64,000 nucleotides of DNA, taken from NCBI RefSeq assembly GCF_963921235.1, contig NC_086106.1:22072001-22136000 (forward strand), given 5' to 3'. Positions 26,250-37,642 of this stretch are shown in pieces. Under the pieces are notes generated by a model, which worked only from the letters and a program-made list of their open reading frames with translations, was not told the origin of the DNA and made no database searches. A program made the translations under genes and the position numbers. The DNA comes from Mobula hypostoma. Its lineage: Eukaryota. The first letter of the stretch is position 1. Each line of letters opens with the position of its first letter.

Positions 26250-26314
26250 TGTAATTCAAGAAATAAAAAAATTGCACCGTCCCACTTAAATGCATGCCCT
26301 CTCATATTAGATAT

Positions 26315-26362
<48 letters not shown>

Positions 26363-26830
26363 AAAGCAATAGCTAAGGATCAGGTGTTGTCCGCCATTTT
26401 TTTTTTTCAATTTTCTCATGATCTTATAAAGTTCTATACGTCTCCCCGCGTCATCCGCCATCCCAGGGAGAATAATCAAAACGCATCAAAACTCTCTTTA
26501 TATCACTTGCCCTCAAATCAAGGCAGCATCCTCCCGAAACCTTCTGCATCTAGCTAAGTCGCCTACGTATTTCTCATATTGCGTTGACCAGAAAATGCTC
26601 CTAACCAGAGATCTGTAAACTGGCAAAATAGCTTCCTGACTTGAGAATTTCATGCCACGACTAATAACTGCAAACATGCCAGCTGTCCTCTTAACCACAC
26701 TATCAAACTATGTAGCTACTTCCAGGTAGCTATGAACTTGCATGCACGATCCGTCTGCTCAGCAGCGCTATGCAGGGTATCGAATTTAACAGTGTATTGT
26801 ATTTTTACATTTTGCCATACAAATCTGAAT
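26250..26830 (-). mobile_element. Decayed CR1 3' fragment containing (CA)21 at 26319-26360
   Basis: ORFs 26513-26698 (ILPVYRSLVRS) and 26237-26479 (RRIELYKIMR). Confidence 0.65.
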
Positions 26831-26989
26831 CAGTAGCCAATTGGCAGAGCTAAACACAGTCGTCATGGTACCTTCCATATCTGCTACCGTTTCCGCTGAG
26901 TATTTGGCGACTCGTCTACGCTCTCCACGACATTACCAAGTCAGGCCAAATTTCCCGAGCCCACATAAAATGTCTATCCCGTACGTTTT

Positions 26990-28670
26990 TGGGTTGTGAA
27001 ATAAATCATTGGACCCAGGCAAAAGCTACGAAATCACGTAGTGAACTTTGAAAATCATCAAATGCTTCAGCAGGAATGGGCCAAATAACTTAGATCTTAT
27101 GCTTTATTGAGTTTTTCTAACCTGTGCGCTTCCATGTCATTGCAGCATTGTGAACATTGCACAGCTTGGTGCACTGCTGTGCCATACAACACGGTTAAGA
27201 CAGACTTATCTTAAATGAAACCGGACAAGGAATCTGTATGTAAGATAAGAACCAGGAATATATCGTTCAAGTATTTATATTGTGCCAGGTTATCACCTTT
27301 TTTGTTATCCTCTATTTTCTCACCTGTTCCCTCCTGCTTGCGAGCGTTCATTGCATATGTGCTGAGCGTTTGCTGCTTTCGAATTACGAAAATATATCAG
27401 ACACTGCATGATAGCTCAAGATCGGGCTGATGTGAGGGAATAGCAGAGCTGAAATGTCATTATACACCAATCATTGAAAGTGGGCATGCAGGTACAGCAG
27501 GCGGTGAAAAAGGCGAACGGTATGCTGGCATTTATAGCGAGAGGATTCGAGTACAGGAGCAGGGAGGTACTACTGCAGTTGTACAAGGCCTTGGTGAGAC
27601 CACACCTGGAGTATTGTGTGCAGTTTTGGTCCCCTAATCTGAGGAAAGACATCTTTGCCATAGAGGGAGTACAAAGAAGGTTCACCAGATTGATTCCTGG
27701 GATGGCAGGTCTTTCATATCAAGAAAGACTGGATGAACTGGGCTTGTACTCGTTGGAATTTAGAAGATTGAGGGGGGATCTGTTTGAAACGTATAAGATC
27801 CTAAAGGGATTGGACAGGCTAGATGCGGGAAGATTGTTCCCGATGTTGGGGAGGTCAAGAACGAGGGGTCACAGTTTGAGGATAGAGGGGAAGCCTTTTA
27901 GGACCGAGGTTAGGAAAAACTTCTTCACACAGAGAGTGGTGAATCTGTGGAATTCTCTGCCACAGCAAACTGTTGAGGCCAGTTCATTAGCTATGTTTTA
28001 AAGGAAGTTAGATATGGCCCTTGTGGCTACAGGGGTCAGGGGGTATGGAGGGAAGGCTGGGTTCTGAGTTGGATGATCAGCCATGGTCATAATAAATGGC
28101 GGTGCAGGCTCGAAGGGCCGAATGGCCTACTCCTGCACCTATTTTCTATGTTTCTATGTTTCTATGAAATGTTATCTGGTATCGAGTCGGTGCAAGTGAT
28201 AGACTGTGATGTTTTCCAAGACTGATGTTAGCACCCCTGGAATGACAGTGCATGTTGCATAAGTAGTCATTTAAATACACAAACAAACACGAAACTCTCT
28301 GCTCAGGTGTGGGAAATTACTGATTAGCTTATTTAAGATGCTGAAATATGCAGTGATCGCAGGTGGACTCGAGGTTGGCGCTGGTATAAATAATCTCAGA
28401 AATACAAGTCCCAGATTGGAATGCATAGCAACAGAAACTAAACCAAATTATCCCCACCAACGCATAGCATATTTAGAGAGAGAAATATGCACATGTTCAA
28501 ATAGTGCAGCAGTAATAATTCACCCTTCAGATATCCTTCCGTCAGCTGCAGGGTATTAAAATAGGTATTATTCAAGTTATTTCAGGGTATTTTTCTCGTA
28601 CTGACGGGAAAACGTAACATACCGATTAGAGATCGAGGGAGATATAATGAATATATCACTGAGATACCTC
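26990..28670. repeat. Copy B of the local duplication, split by a CR1 insertion
   Basis: Homology to copy A resumes on both sides of 27461-28165. Confidence 0.8.
27461..28165 (+). mobile_element. Well-preserved 5'-truncated CR1
   Basis: Uninterrupted 175-aa ORF 27474-28001 (RT C-terminus); (tttctatg)n tail; flanks gaaatgtcat/gaaatgttat act as TSD or microhomology. Confidence 0.93.
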
Positions 28671-29397
28671 CGAACGTAGTCGCAGTAACTGACAAAAACG
28701 TAACTAAATATTTATTAATACACGGGAGGGAGGTGGGGGCGGATATTGCATTCCTAACCTGTGCGCAAAAGTTAATATACTACTTTGCTATGTTAATGTG
28801 GAGCAGAGAAGAGGTTGTCAATTCGTTTTCATGAACTTATAACTGAAATATATAAATCATGGATAATGGGCCAATAGTTGAGAAAAAAAAATGTCGAGGG
28901 ATCCTTTCAGAGAGGAAGCTGAAAATTGTGCATTTAATTTTCTAAACAGTAAATGTACTCGTCTGTATCATTGTATTAGTGGATCTGTGGAGGCAAAGTT
29001 ATGAAACTGCTTCTGCGCAATTCCCGACAGATGGATTTGACTGAGTCTTAAAGCAGATACACAAACTTTTGATCGCATACACAAAATCTCACTAACTTAT
29101 ATTCAGCAAATGCATCATCCAAATCGCACTAGTTTACAAATTCTCTCAAATAACTGTGTTAAATCATAATGTTTTGTCAGTCTTATTTCGTTCTCCATTT
29201 CCGTGCATAAAATTGTGTCAGCGATTTCTCAGGTATGAATTTCGAAAACTCATGTTATCAAACGTCATAAACCAATGATCTCTTGCGCACGACAACATTA
29301 TTTAATTTCAAATATCGCGCAGAAATAACCAGAGTTAACTCTTACACAAAATGTTAACCGGATCCTCGATCCGCAAACCCCAGAGCCCCGAGATCTT

Positions 29398-29650
29398 AGA
29401 CCATAAGACCATAAGATTTATGAGTAGAAGTTGGCCATTCGGCCAACGGAGACTGCTCCCATATTCAGTCATGGGCTGATCGACTTCACCCGTGATCTCC
29501 ACTCCCCTGCTTTCACCCATACCTTTTGATGCCCTGGTAATTAAAAACCTGTCTGTCTCTGCCTTAAATGCACCGAATGACTTGGTATCCACAGCCACTC
29601 GGGGTAAAGTTTTCCACACATTTATCGCCCTTTGACTAAAGTAATCTTTG
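29398..29650 (-). mobile_element. CR1 3' end fragment
   Basis: (accataag)n tail and gccattcggcc; ORF 29335-29736 has FSQRAINVWKTLP...FGAFKAETDRFL. Confidence 0.8.
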
Positions 29651-30720
29651 GCTTCAGAACACGATCGATATCCTTTGACCAAACCCTTAGCAGGTCCAAT
29701 ATTGGCCATTCGTCGAACGCGGAGAACGAGTTCCATTCCAACTAAAGAAGCATGTGTGTAACCCCAGGGCAGGGTCTTTAAGAAGAACCCTGAAAGGGAA
29801 AGATAAAGATATTAAATAAAAAAATACAGCTGTGATATTATATAAGTCCTCTGTGAGTTTTAACTGTAGTCTCAGATGTTCTTTGGATTGAAACGTCTAT
29901 GACTGAAAGAAGGAAACTGTGTTTTCCAGTACCTTGTTAGACTGAAGTATCGTCTGCATGGTAAAGAGAGGACGCATCGTTATTATTGCCGGAAGTAGCA
30001 GCAAAACACAATAAGCAGTGGACGAAAAAAATGAGGAAAGTAAACTAGCCTTTGAGAATTGTGTAAATACAGTACGGTGTAATCTCCCTTCAGTTAGTAT
30101 ACCAGTGGTTAATTCTACAGGTGTTAACATCCGCGATTGCCTTTCGAACTTATAGATCAGCATTCTCAATACCATCAGATAGCAGTGGTCCAAAACAGAA
30201 AGATTTCAACAAGTACCACGACATCACAACTAGTACTATAAAATGTTTGACTTTCAGGTTTCCAGCAGTTCAGCAGGGAAATGGTGGTGGCTGTTACGAT
30301 CGTGCTGACAAAGCAGCAGGAATATGGGGCTATATCCACAAGTCACTCATCTAATCTAGATAAAGAGTTTATTAATCAGGTCAAACATTGTAATAAAGAG
30401 ATGGAACATTGCGTAAAATGTATGCATTTTCATATGCCAAACCTCGCATCCTTGTCAAAATATTACTCTAACGTATTAATACAGTGACCGTCATTACAAA
30501 AAATGCTGAGGTGATTGACACATAAAGATAGGTAGATGATGCATTGAACACACCACTGGAATTTGGTCACAGCTACTTTTTGAACGTGAAAGAAAAATGT
30601 ACATGGAATTATTATTTAAAAAAAAAGCCAAGCTCTCGTAAAAAAGTAAGTATCCTTGCATTGGCAATTATCATGGATTCTGCAAGGCTTGTAACACACC
30701 GCCGGCATTTTGACTTGTGC

Positions 30721-31256
30721 GATTGCTTTCAGACCTGACTGTACTCAATTGTTAAAATTAGTAAACGGCAGATGTAGATCAAAAATAAATAAATACAAAT
30801 AAACCTTTTGTTTGTAGCCCGGAACTCTCATGGGGGAAGAACGTGAATTGATTTATACTTTTTATAAAGTGGATACTGCTGTCGTCGTATAGATTTATTT
30901 TCCCACGGTGGCAACTCCAGTAATGAAGTTACTGAGAAAAAATATCGTGATTTAGAAATAGAAATCAGAGCACACCCAGGCTATTACAGATTGCTTTCAG
31001 ACCTGACTGTACTCAATTGTTAAAATTAGTAAACGGCAGATGTAGATCAAAAATAAATAAATACAAATAAACCTTTTGTTTGTAGCCCGGAAATCTCATG
31101 GGTGAAGAACGTGAATTGATTTATACTTTTTATAAAGTGGATACTGCTGTCGTCGTATAGATTTATTTTCCCACGGTGGCAACTCCAGTAATGAAGTTAC
31201 TGAGAAAAAATATCGTGATTTAGAAATAGAAATCAGAGCACACCCAGGCTATTACA
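30721..31256. repeat. Near-perfect 268-bp tandem duplication
   Basis: 30721-30988 versus 30989-31256; only two substitutions seen. Confidence 0.92.
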
Positions 31257-31259
31257 GTT

Positions 31260-32200
31260 CTGAAGCAAGCTTAACCACTGCGCCTGCTCTAAAACCCTCA
31301 GCTCCGAGTGAATCATTCTCATTGGAGTTCGCCAAAACTTTAAACACGCTCTCAGCAACGCTATGGTCGGGAGATGCACAGAAAATTATGACCGCAGCAT
31401 ATGTTTCATATTTGTTCCCGCCAGTAGACCTGAGGCATGTAAAAAAAAACAACAACAACAACAAAACTCCTTGACTGATTTCGCAGCTTGTGGCTTGCCA
31501 CCGATAATATTTTCCAGCTGGATAAATCATGCTCTCCGATAGTATGTACGTTTGCCATAGCCTGAAAGAACACCTACTTCTGAGGCAAGCAAGAAGGTGT
31601 GCTTTACCTGATGGACGCACTTCCGAGCATCTACAACGTTGTGGTCTATATTTGAAGAAGCAAAGGGAACAAGGTGCTTCAAGCGGGCATAAATTCCAGC
31701 CTCAAAATGGGAAGATAGGAAGACAGAAGAAACAACGGTTTAAAATTATGCATGTAACAGAGAAGAATAATGAAGTTAACGAATACAAACCGCTAATTGA
31801 CAGAGCAGGGTCAGGTATGTATAAAGCTCACACGGCGATACAATTTAAGGATGGAGTAGTCCTGTATGAAGTGAAATGTGTCCCAGGGGTACGATCAGAC
31901 AACCTACTGGTACACGATCTATTCTGAAACCAGGGAACCTAGGAAGCCGGGTAGCTATAAAGGAACTGAGTTGCTGTCTTAGGAGTGAGGACTGAAAAGG
32001 AACATCCTGTTAATAATTGAAGGATCTGTGCATTAGAGATAAATGCAGAGAAACAAGTCCCTGGAAATGCCAAGCTATTGGAAAGCCTGTGAAATAATTC
32101 GCAGATACGTTATGATGCACTGTTGCTACACAGACAAGGAGAACGAAAGTTTTTTAGACTGAGACTAACACGGCCAAAGTAACAGCAATATATATATATA
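31260..32200 (+). mobile_element. Highly decayed Gypsy pol remnant (RNase H to integrase zinc-binding region)
   Basis: SLTTAPALKP..SESFSLE and IQFKDGVVLYEVKCVPG...LLVHD resemble Gypsy LT.APVL and DG.LY...CVP...LHD motifs, in the expected order. Confidence 0.45.
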
Positions 32201-33198
32201 CACCTAACTAACTAACTTATTGGCAATGGCGTTTACTCACAGGATTACGTCGGTGTATAGAATCGGATCAAGAAATGCATTCTATAGCCCAACTAATGCA
32301 AGAGATCATGACACTTTTAGGATGAAGCTGGAAGTTTATGTACAGAATATATATCTGTTTTGTGGAATTGTAGAAATAGTGAACAGATCAAGAGAAATAT
32401 ATGATGCCTAATCTGCAGCAAAAACATGGAACAGCGTGGCCGGTATTTTTGACTTTGATGACGATAAGGAATATCCGTTGCATCATCGATGAGTTACACC
32501 CTTTATAAACTCATGAACGGAGACACAACATTAGATTGGAGGCATTGTTACGGTTAAGTTTGTCAGAACCTGAAACAAATGGGAAAATGTCAGAAAATCG
32601 GGCACCACCGTTGGTAGAGACGGTGAAGAGGCCAACTATATGGCGACCTATCAAACAGAAAAAAATGGAACAACAACAAAGTAAGGATTTGTTTGACTGA
32701 AAATTTAGTCCCATCGATATAAGACCGGAACAAAGGGCGATGATTAGAATACAGCAGTTCCATTAAAAAAAAACAAGGTTTTCAGGATATAATTAAATTA
32801 TGCACAAACCAAGTGAGTCAATATACAGGATACTGATTTCCTTGGATAAAATCGAATGGTATCACATCAGGTAGTTGAAATTGATGCAAGAAAAAGGAAA
32901 ACTATGATAATCCGCAAGTACATATTGATGCACAACATGGTTGCAATTTTGGAGACTTGACAATTGTTACTTATGACAGTTATGATTTGGAAAATTTGGG
33001 TTTCAACAGCTGTTCCAAGAAGAACAGATCTGACCAAGGAGCATATTTTCCACTTTCTCAGTCTGAGAATAAAAGACAACAAGGAATGCATCGAATCCAG
33101 ACTCCCTTATCCTGAAAGAAAATTGAATGAGAAAATATGGGCTGCTTGAGTCCAAAGTCTATTGTGAGTCTGCAATGGATGGGTTAGAGAAAAAAAAA

Positions 33199-33240
33199 AT
33201 AAATAATAGTAATAATATTAATATTATTAATAATAATAAT

Positions 33241-33277
<37 letters not shown>

Positions 33278-33280
33278 TTA
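33199..33280. repeat. (AAT)n-rich microsatellite
   Basis: Seen directly. Confidence 0.9.
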
Positions 33281-33720
33281 TAAAAAATAAAAACAACAGA
33301 AAAATGAAGGTAAAGTTAGTCAAGATTGAAACTGTAAGTAAGAAGATATCATCCATGTTTGATACAGATTTTATTCGACATTAAGAACATAATGAAAACA
33401 AATTGATTTGCCATTAGCCATGGCAGTGACGTTGGTTGGTTATGCTCCATAACAATTACTGCGGACTAACGTTTCAACAACGACTGCATTAAATGAAGAA
33501 CAATCGGTGATCAAAATTCAATTTTCTCAACGAACACGGTTAATACTGGCTCATGTCGGAGAAATAGAAGACTCGAAGTACTGTGATCCTGGGTTAGATG
33601 GTTTGATGAACATCGATAAATCCTGATGTATTCCAAAGAGTAGAAAGGATCATTTCCTATGTAATTGAATTCGAAAGTTAGCACTGTTTGGTTATCGAGA
33701 TGGAATATCCATCATGCAAA

Positions 33721-33878
33721 ACACATAGAATGCTGTTGGCACGCAGCAGGCCAGTCAGAATCTGTAGGAAGAAGTATAGTCGACGTTTCGTGCCGAGACC
33801 GTTCGCCTGGCCTGCTGCGTTCCAACAGCAATCTGTGTGTGTTGCTTGAATTTCCAGCATCTGCACATTTCCTCGTGA
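33721..33878. mobile_element. Penelope-like terminal fragment forming a hairpin
   Basis: 34-bp inverted arms 33721-33754 / 33807-33840 with 3 mismatches; homologous to 34021-34135. Confidence 0.7.
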
Positions 33879-34020
33879 TTGAGATAATCATTATTCAGTT
33901 CCTAATCCCAGTTATTCAGCAGCCTTCAGGTGATGATGGCCGTGGTAACAATACAGCTCTGTGGGATCACACGCATGTGCACTTTGAATGGGCTCAAGCT
34001 ACACAAAAGTTAAACACGAA

Positions 34021-34515
34021 GAATTCTGCAGATGTTGGAAATTCAAGCAACACACATCGAAGCTGCTGGTGAACGCAGCAGGCCAGGCAGCATCTCTAGG
34101 AAACGGTACAGTTGATGTTTCGGGCCGAGACCCTTCGTCAGGACTAACTCAAGGAAGAGCTAGTGCGAGATTTGAAAGTGGGAGGGTGAGGGGGAGATCC
34201 TAAATGATAGGAGACGACAGGAGGGGGAGGGATGAGCCAAGATCTGGACAGGTGATTGGGAAAAAGGGTTATGAGAAGACAATGGGACAGGAGGCACAGG
34301 GAGAAGGAAAGAGGGGAGGGGAAATACCCAGAGGACGGGCAAGGGGTATAGTCAGAGGGGCAGAGGGAGAAAGAAGGAGAGAGACAAAAATAATGTGTGT
34401 ATATAAATAAATAAGGGATGGGCTACGAGGGGGAGGTGGAGAATTAGCCGAAGTTAGAGAAGTCAATGTTTATGCCATCAGGGTGGAGGCTACCCAGACG
34501 GAATATAAGTTGTTT
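34021..34515 (-). mobile_element. Penelope-like element 3' end (GIY-YIG C-terminus and pLTR)
   Basis: On -: LIFRLGSLHPDGINIDFSNFG*, then a pyrimidine-rich UTR and the ctgacga...gaaa motif. Confidence 0.8.
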
Positions 34516-35455
34516 TTTATTATTATTATTATTATCTGCACGTTTACAAAATAGTGTGTGTTTTTATTACTTCTACTAAAGTGCATTTCCCGATATTCCT
34601 TTCCATCATCCACTTCATTGCCCATTCTTCTAATCTGTAGCCTGCCTGCTTCTTCAACAATATATGTTCCTCCAGCTGTCTGCACATCATCCATGTCCCG
34701 CATTTTTTTTTTGTTATCAATTGAAACAATTCATAGTCAATTGAGGAAGACCTAAACTATGCAAAGCCCAGGAACAATACATTCATTAAGAGATTTTAAT
34801 TTCAGTGTAAGACAGATTCTATCTCCAGGGAGAAATACTGCATTTGTTATATGTTACTGTTTTTAATTGTGATTACATTAATTCTGTTTTCTGTTGTCTA
34901 ATTAACAATTTGTGTTTACTCGGACACAGTCACATTTACGAAGACCTTGATTAATTTAGTTTCGATACAGCTAAATCATAACTATTTCACCTATTTATGT
35001 GGATCTAAGAGCACTGATTGTTCTAAGTTACATATCCATAAATGGTACCTAGGTTTTGGGGATATGTGGCCAAATACAGGGGAATCCCGAAACAATATCC
35101 TGTCGTCAAGTGATTGAGCTGTTTGTATGGCAGAAAAGTGCAAGTGAAATCTAGGAATCACTTGAAGGAACAATTAAATACAGAAAAGCAAAACTGAAAT
35201 ATACCACCCATTATATCATGGAGGAAACATCTAAACGAGGAATTCATTGGCGTGCACCGGTCTACGCTTGAAGAAAAGTACAAATACAATTCCGTCAGTG
35301 TATTATCCCACTTATGAAGACATGCCTTATCAACAGTTCAAGTAGAAAATTGTGAAATAAAAAAGTTTTAAAATTTGAACTTTATCCATTGGTCGGATGT
35401 ATTATGGGCAACAAGTAAATAAGCATGCTCTCTAAAACAATTATAGCTGTGTCCA

Positions 35456-37642
35456 TGTCACAATGGGGGCGTTGATGGCGGACCAAAATGCGAGACACAG
35501 ATACTGAAGTGAAAGGAACAGGACTTGACTAGAGTAGGAACGTGACAAGATACAGACAAGGAGCAGGAACAAGAACGCAAACTTGGGCTAGGGCATGGTC
35601 AAGGCAGGGAACCCGATCAAGGAACAATGCACTAGGAGCTTGCTCTTCGGCTCCGAACAATTGACTGGACAAGGACCCAGAACTTCTGTCTTTCGTCGGG
35701 CTTGGGCCCCAGAACTAAGCAAAAACATGACATGACTACGGGACAGGACGTGGCTGGGGTCTAGAAGCTTGGGGCTGCAGGCTGAGGTCTTGGTCTTGAG
35801 GCTTAATGCTGGGTCTTGGTTTTGAGGATTGAGGCTGGGCTCTTGATTTTGAGGCTTGAGGCTGGGGTATTGTTCTTGAGGCTTATGGCTGGGGTCTTCA
35901 TGCATGGACTCTTGAGGCTTGGAGACTGGCGTCTTCAGGCTTAGAGGCTGGGGTCTTCGAGGCTTGTGTTCTTGGAGCTTGGCTTGGGTTCTTGGAGCTT
36001 GGCTGTGATCAACGAGGCGTGTGCTCTTGGAGCTTGTCTTGGGATCTTCGAAGCCTAGGTCCTTGGAGCTTGGCTTCGGATCTTCGAGGCATGTGTTCTT
36101 GGAGAATGGCTTGGTATCTTCGAGGCTTGGGTTCTTGCAGCTTTGCTTGCGATCTTCGAGGCTTGTGTTCTTGGAGCTGGGCTTGGGATCTCCGAGGCTT
36201 GTGTTCTTGGAGCTTGGCTTGGAATCACAGAGGCTTATGTTCCTGGAGCTTGGCTTTGCTTCTTGCAGCGTGGCTTGGGATCTCCGAGGCATGGGTTCTT
36301 AGGGATTGGTTTGGGGTATCCAAGCGTGTGTTCTTGGAGCTTGGCTTGGGATTTTCGAAGCCTGGATTCTTGGACCTTGGCTGGGATCACCGAGGCGTGT
36401 GTCTTGGAGCTTGGCTTGGGATCTTCGAAGCCTGGGTTCTTGGAGCTGGGCTTGGGATCTTCGAGGCTTGTGTTCTTGGAGCTTGGCTTTGCTTCTTGGA
36501 GCTTGGCATGGGATCTCCGAGGCTTGGGTTCTTGGAGATTGGCTTGAGATTTCCGAGGCTTGTGGTCTTGAAGCGTAGCTTGGTGTCTTCGAGGCGTGTG
36601 ATCTTGGAGCTTGGCATGGGTTATTCGAGGCCTTTGCTCTTGGTGCTTGGCTTGGTATCTCCGAGACCTACGTTCTTGGAGATTGGCTTGGGATCTCCGA
36701 GGTTTGGATTCTTTGAGTTCGGCTTCGGATCTCCGAGGCTACGGATCTCCGATTCTTCGGTTCTTGGAGCGCGGCTTGGGATATCCGAGGCCTGGGTTCT
36801 TCGCGATTGGCTTGGGATCTCCGTGGCTTGGGCTCTTGGAGCTTGGCTTCGGATCTTCGGGGCTTGTATTCTTGGAGCTTGACTTGTGATCTCCGTGTTT
36901 GGGTTCTTGGAGACTGGCTTCGGATCTCCGAAGCCTTGACTCTTGGAGCTTCGCATGAGATCTCCGAGGCCTGGGTTCTTGCAGCTTGGCTTGGGATCTT
37001 CGAGGCGTGGGTTCGTGGAGCTTGGCTCGGAATTTTCGAGACTTGGGTTCTTCGAGTTTCTCCAGGGCAGGACGCGGAACTCCTGGGCAGGATGCGGAAC
37101 TTCACCCCACGGAAGCAAAGACAGGGAGGGACAGAAGCAAGCGCAGGGTAACGGTAATCGACCTGGCTTACCCGATGGAGGCAGAGGACAAGAAGGAACT
37201 GTACCAACCGCAGGGTAAAGACAATTACAGCCAGTCTTACTCAACGGAGGCAAGGACAGGAATGGAGCTTAATCCGGGGTGGCTCTGGATCTCGGGGCAG
37301 CCAGCAACCTTGGCTGGCTACAGGAACGGCCGAATCCATAACACGATGACTGCTCCGACGACTGGCAACAAGGCTCCATGAAGTAGCGATCCTACATCCA
37401 GGTCTAGAAATCACGAATGCTTTTTCTAGCCTTCCCTCATCAGGGTGGTCCAAGGAGGACAGCCGAGACAAACCAGCAGCCCACACTCAACCCCTAGGCT
37501 AATTATATTCCAAGCCCTAAGATGGAAATCAGGTGCCTACGCTTAACTCAATCAAAACAAGGAACAGCTGGAACCCCGGAGTCCTGAGTCCACTGACCGG
37601 ACCGTGAACCGGAATGCAGACTTCATGGACAGGACAATGACA
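35456..37642. mobile_element. 2.2-kb solo LTR with an expanded internal minisatellite
   Basis: TGTCACAATGG...GGACAATGACA termini; TSD GTCCA/GTCTA; related to 16413-18128. Confidence 0.82.
35940..37050. repeat. 36-bp minisatellite (about 30 copies)
   Basis: Unit approximately cttggagcttggcttgggatctccgaggcttgggtt; starts at 36026, 36062, 36098. Confidence 0.9.

Noticed and set aside
28657-28700. cactgag plus ACAAAAACG as an RSS
   Set aside because: The spacer is 28 nt, the heptamer is poor, and copy A lacks the nonamer.
29940-30030. LKYRL...YYC followed by cacaata
   Set aside because: Spacing is too short for FR3, there is no nonamer, and no upstream V body.
35588-37253. Long ORFs (up to 296 aa) as a mucin-like or membrane protein gene
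   Set aside because: They arise in several frames on both strands from a 36-bp array inside a TSD-bounded LTR; no exon structure.
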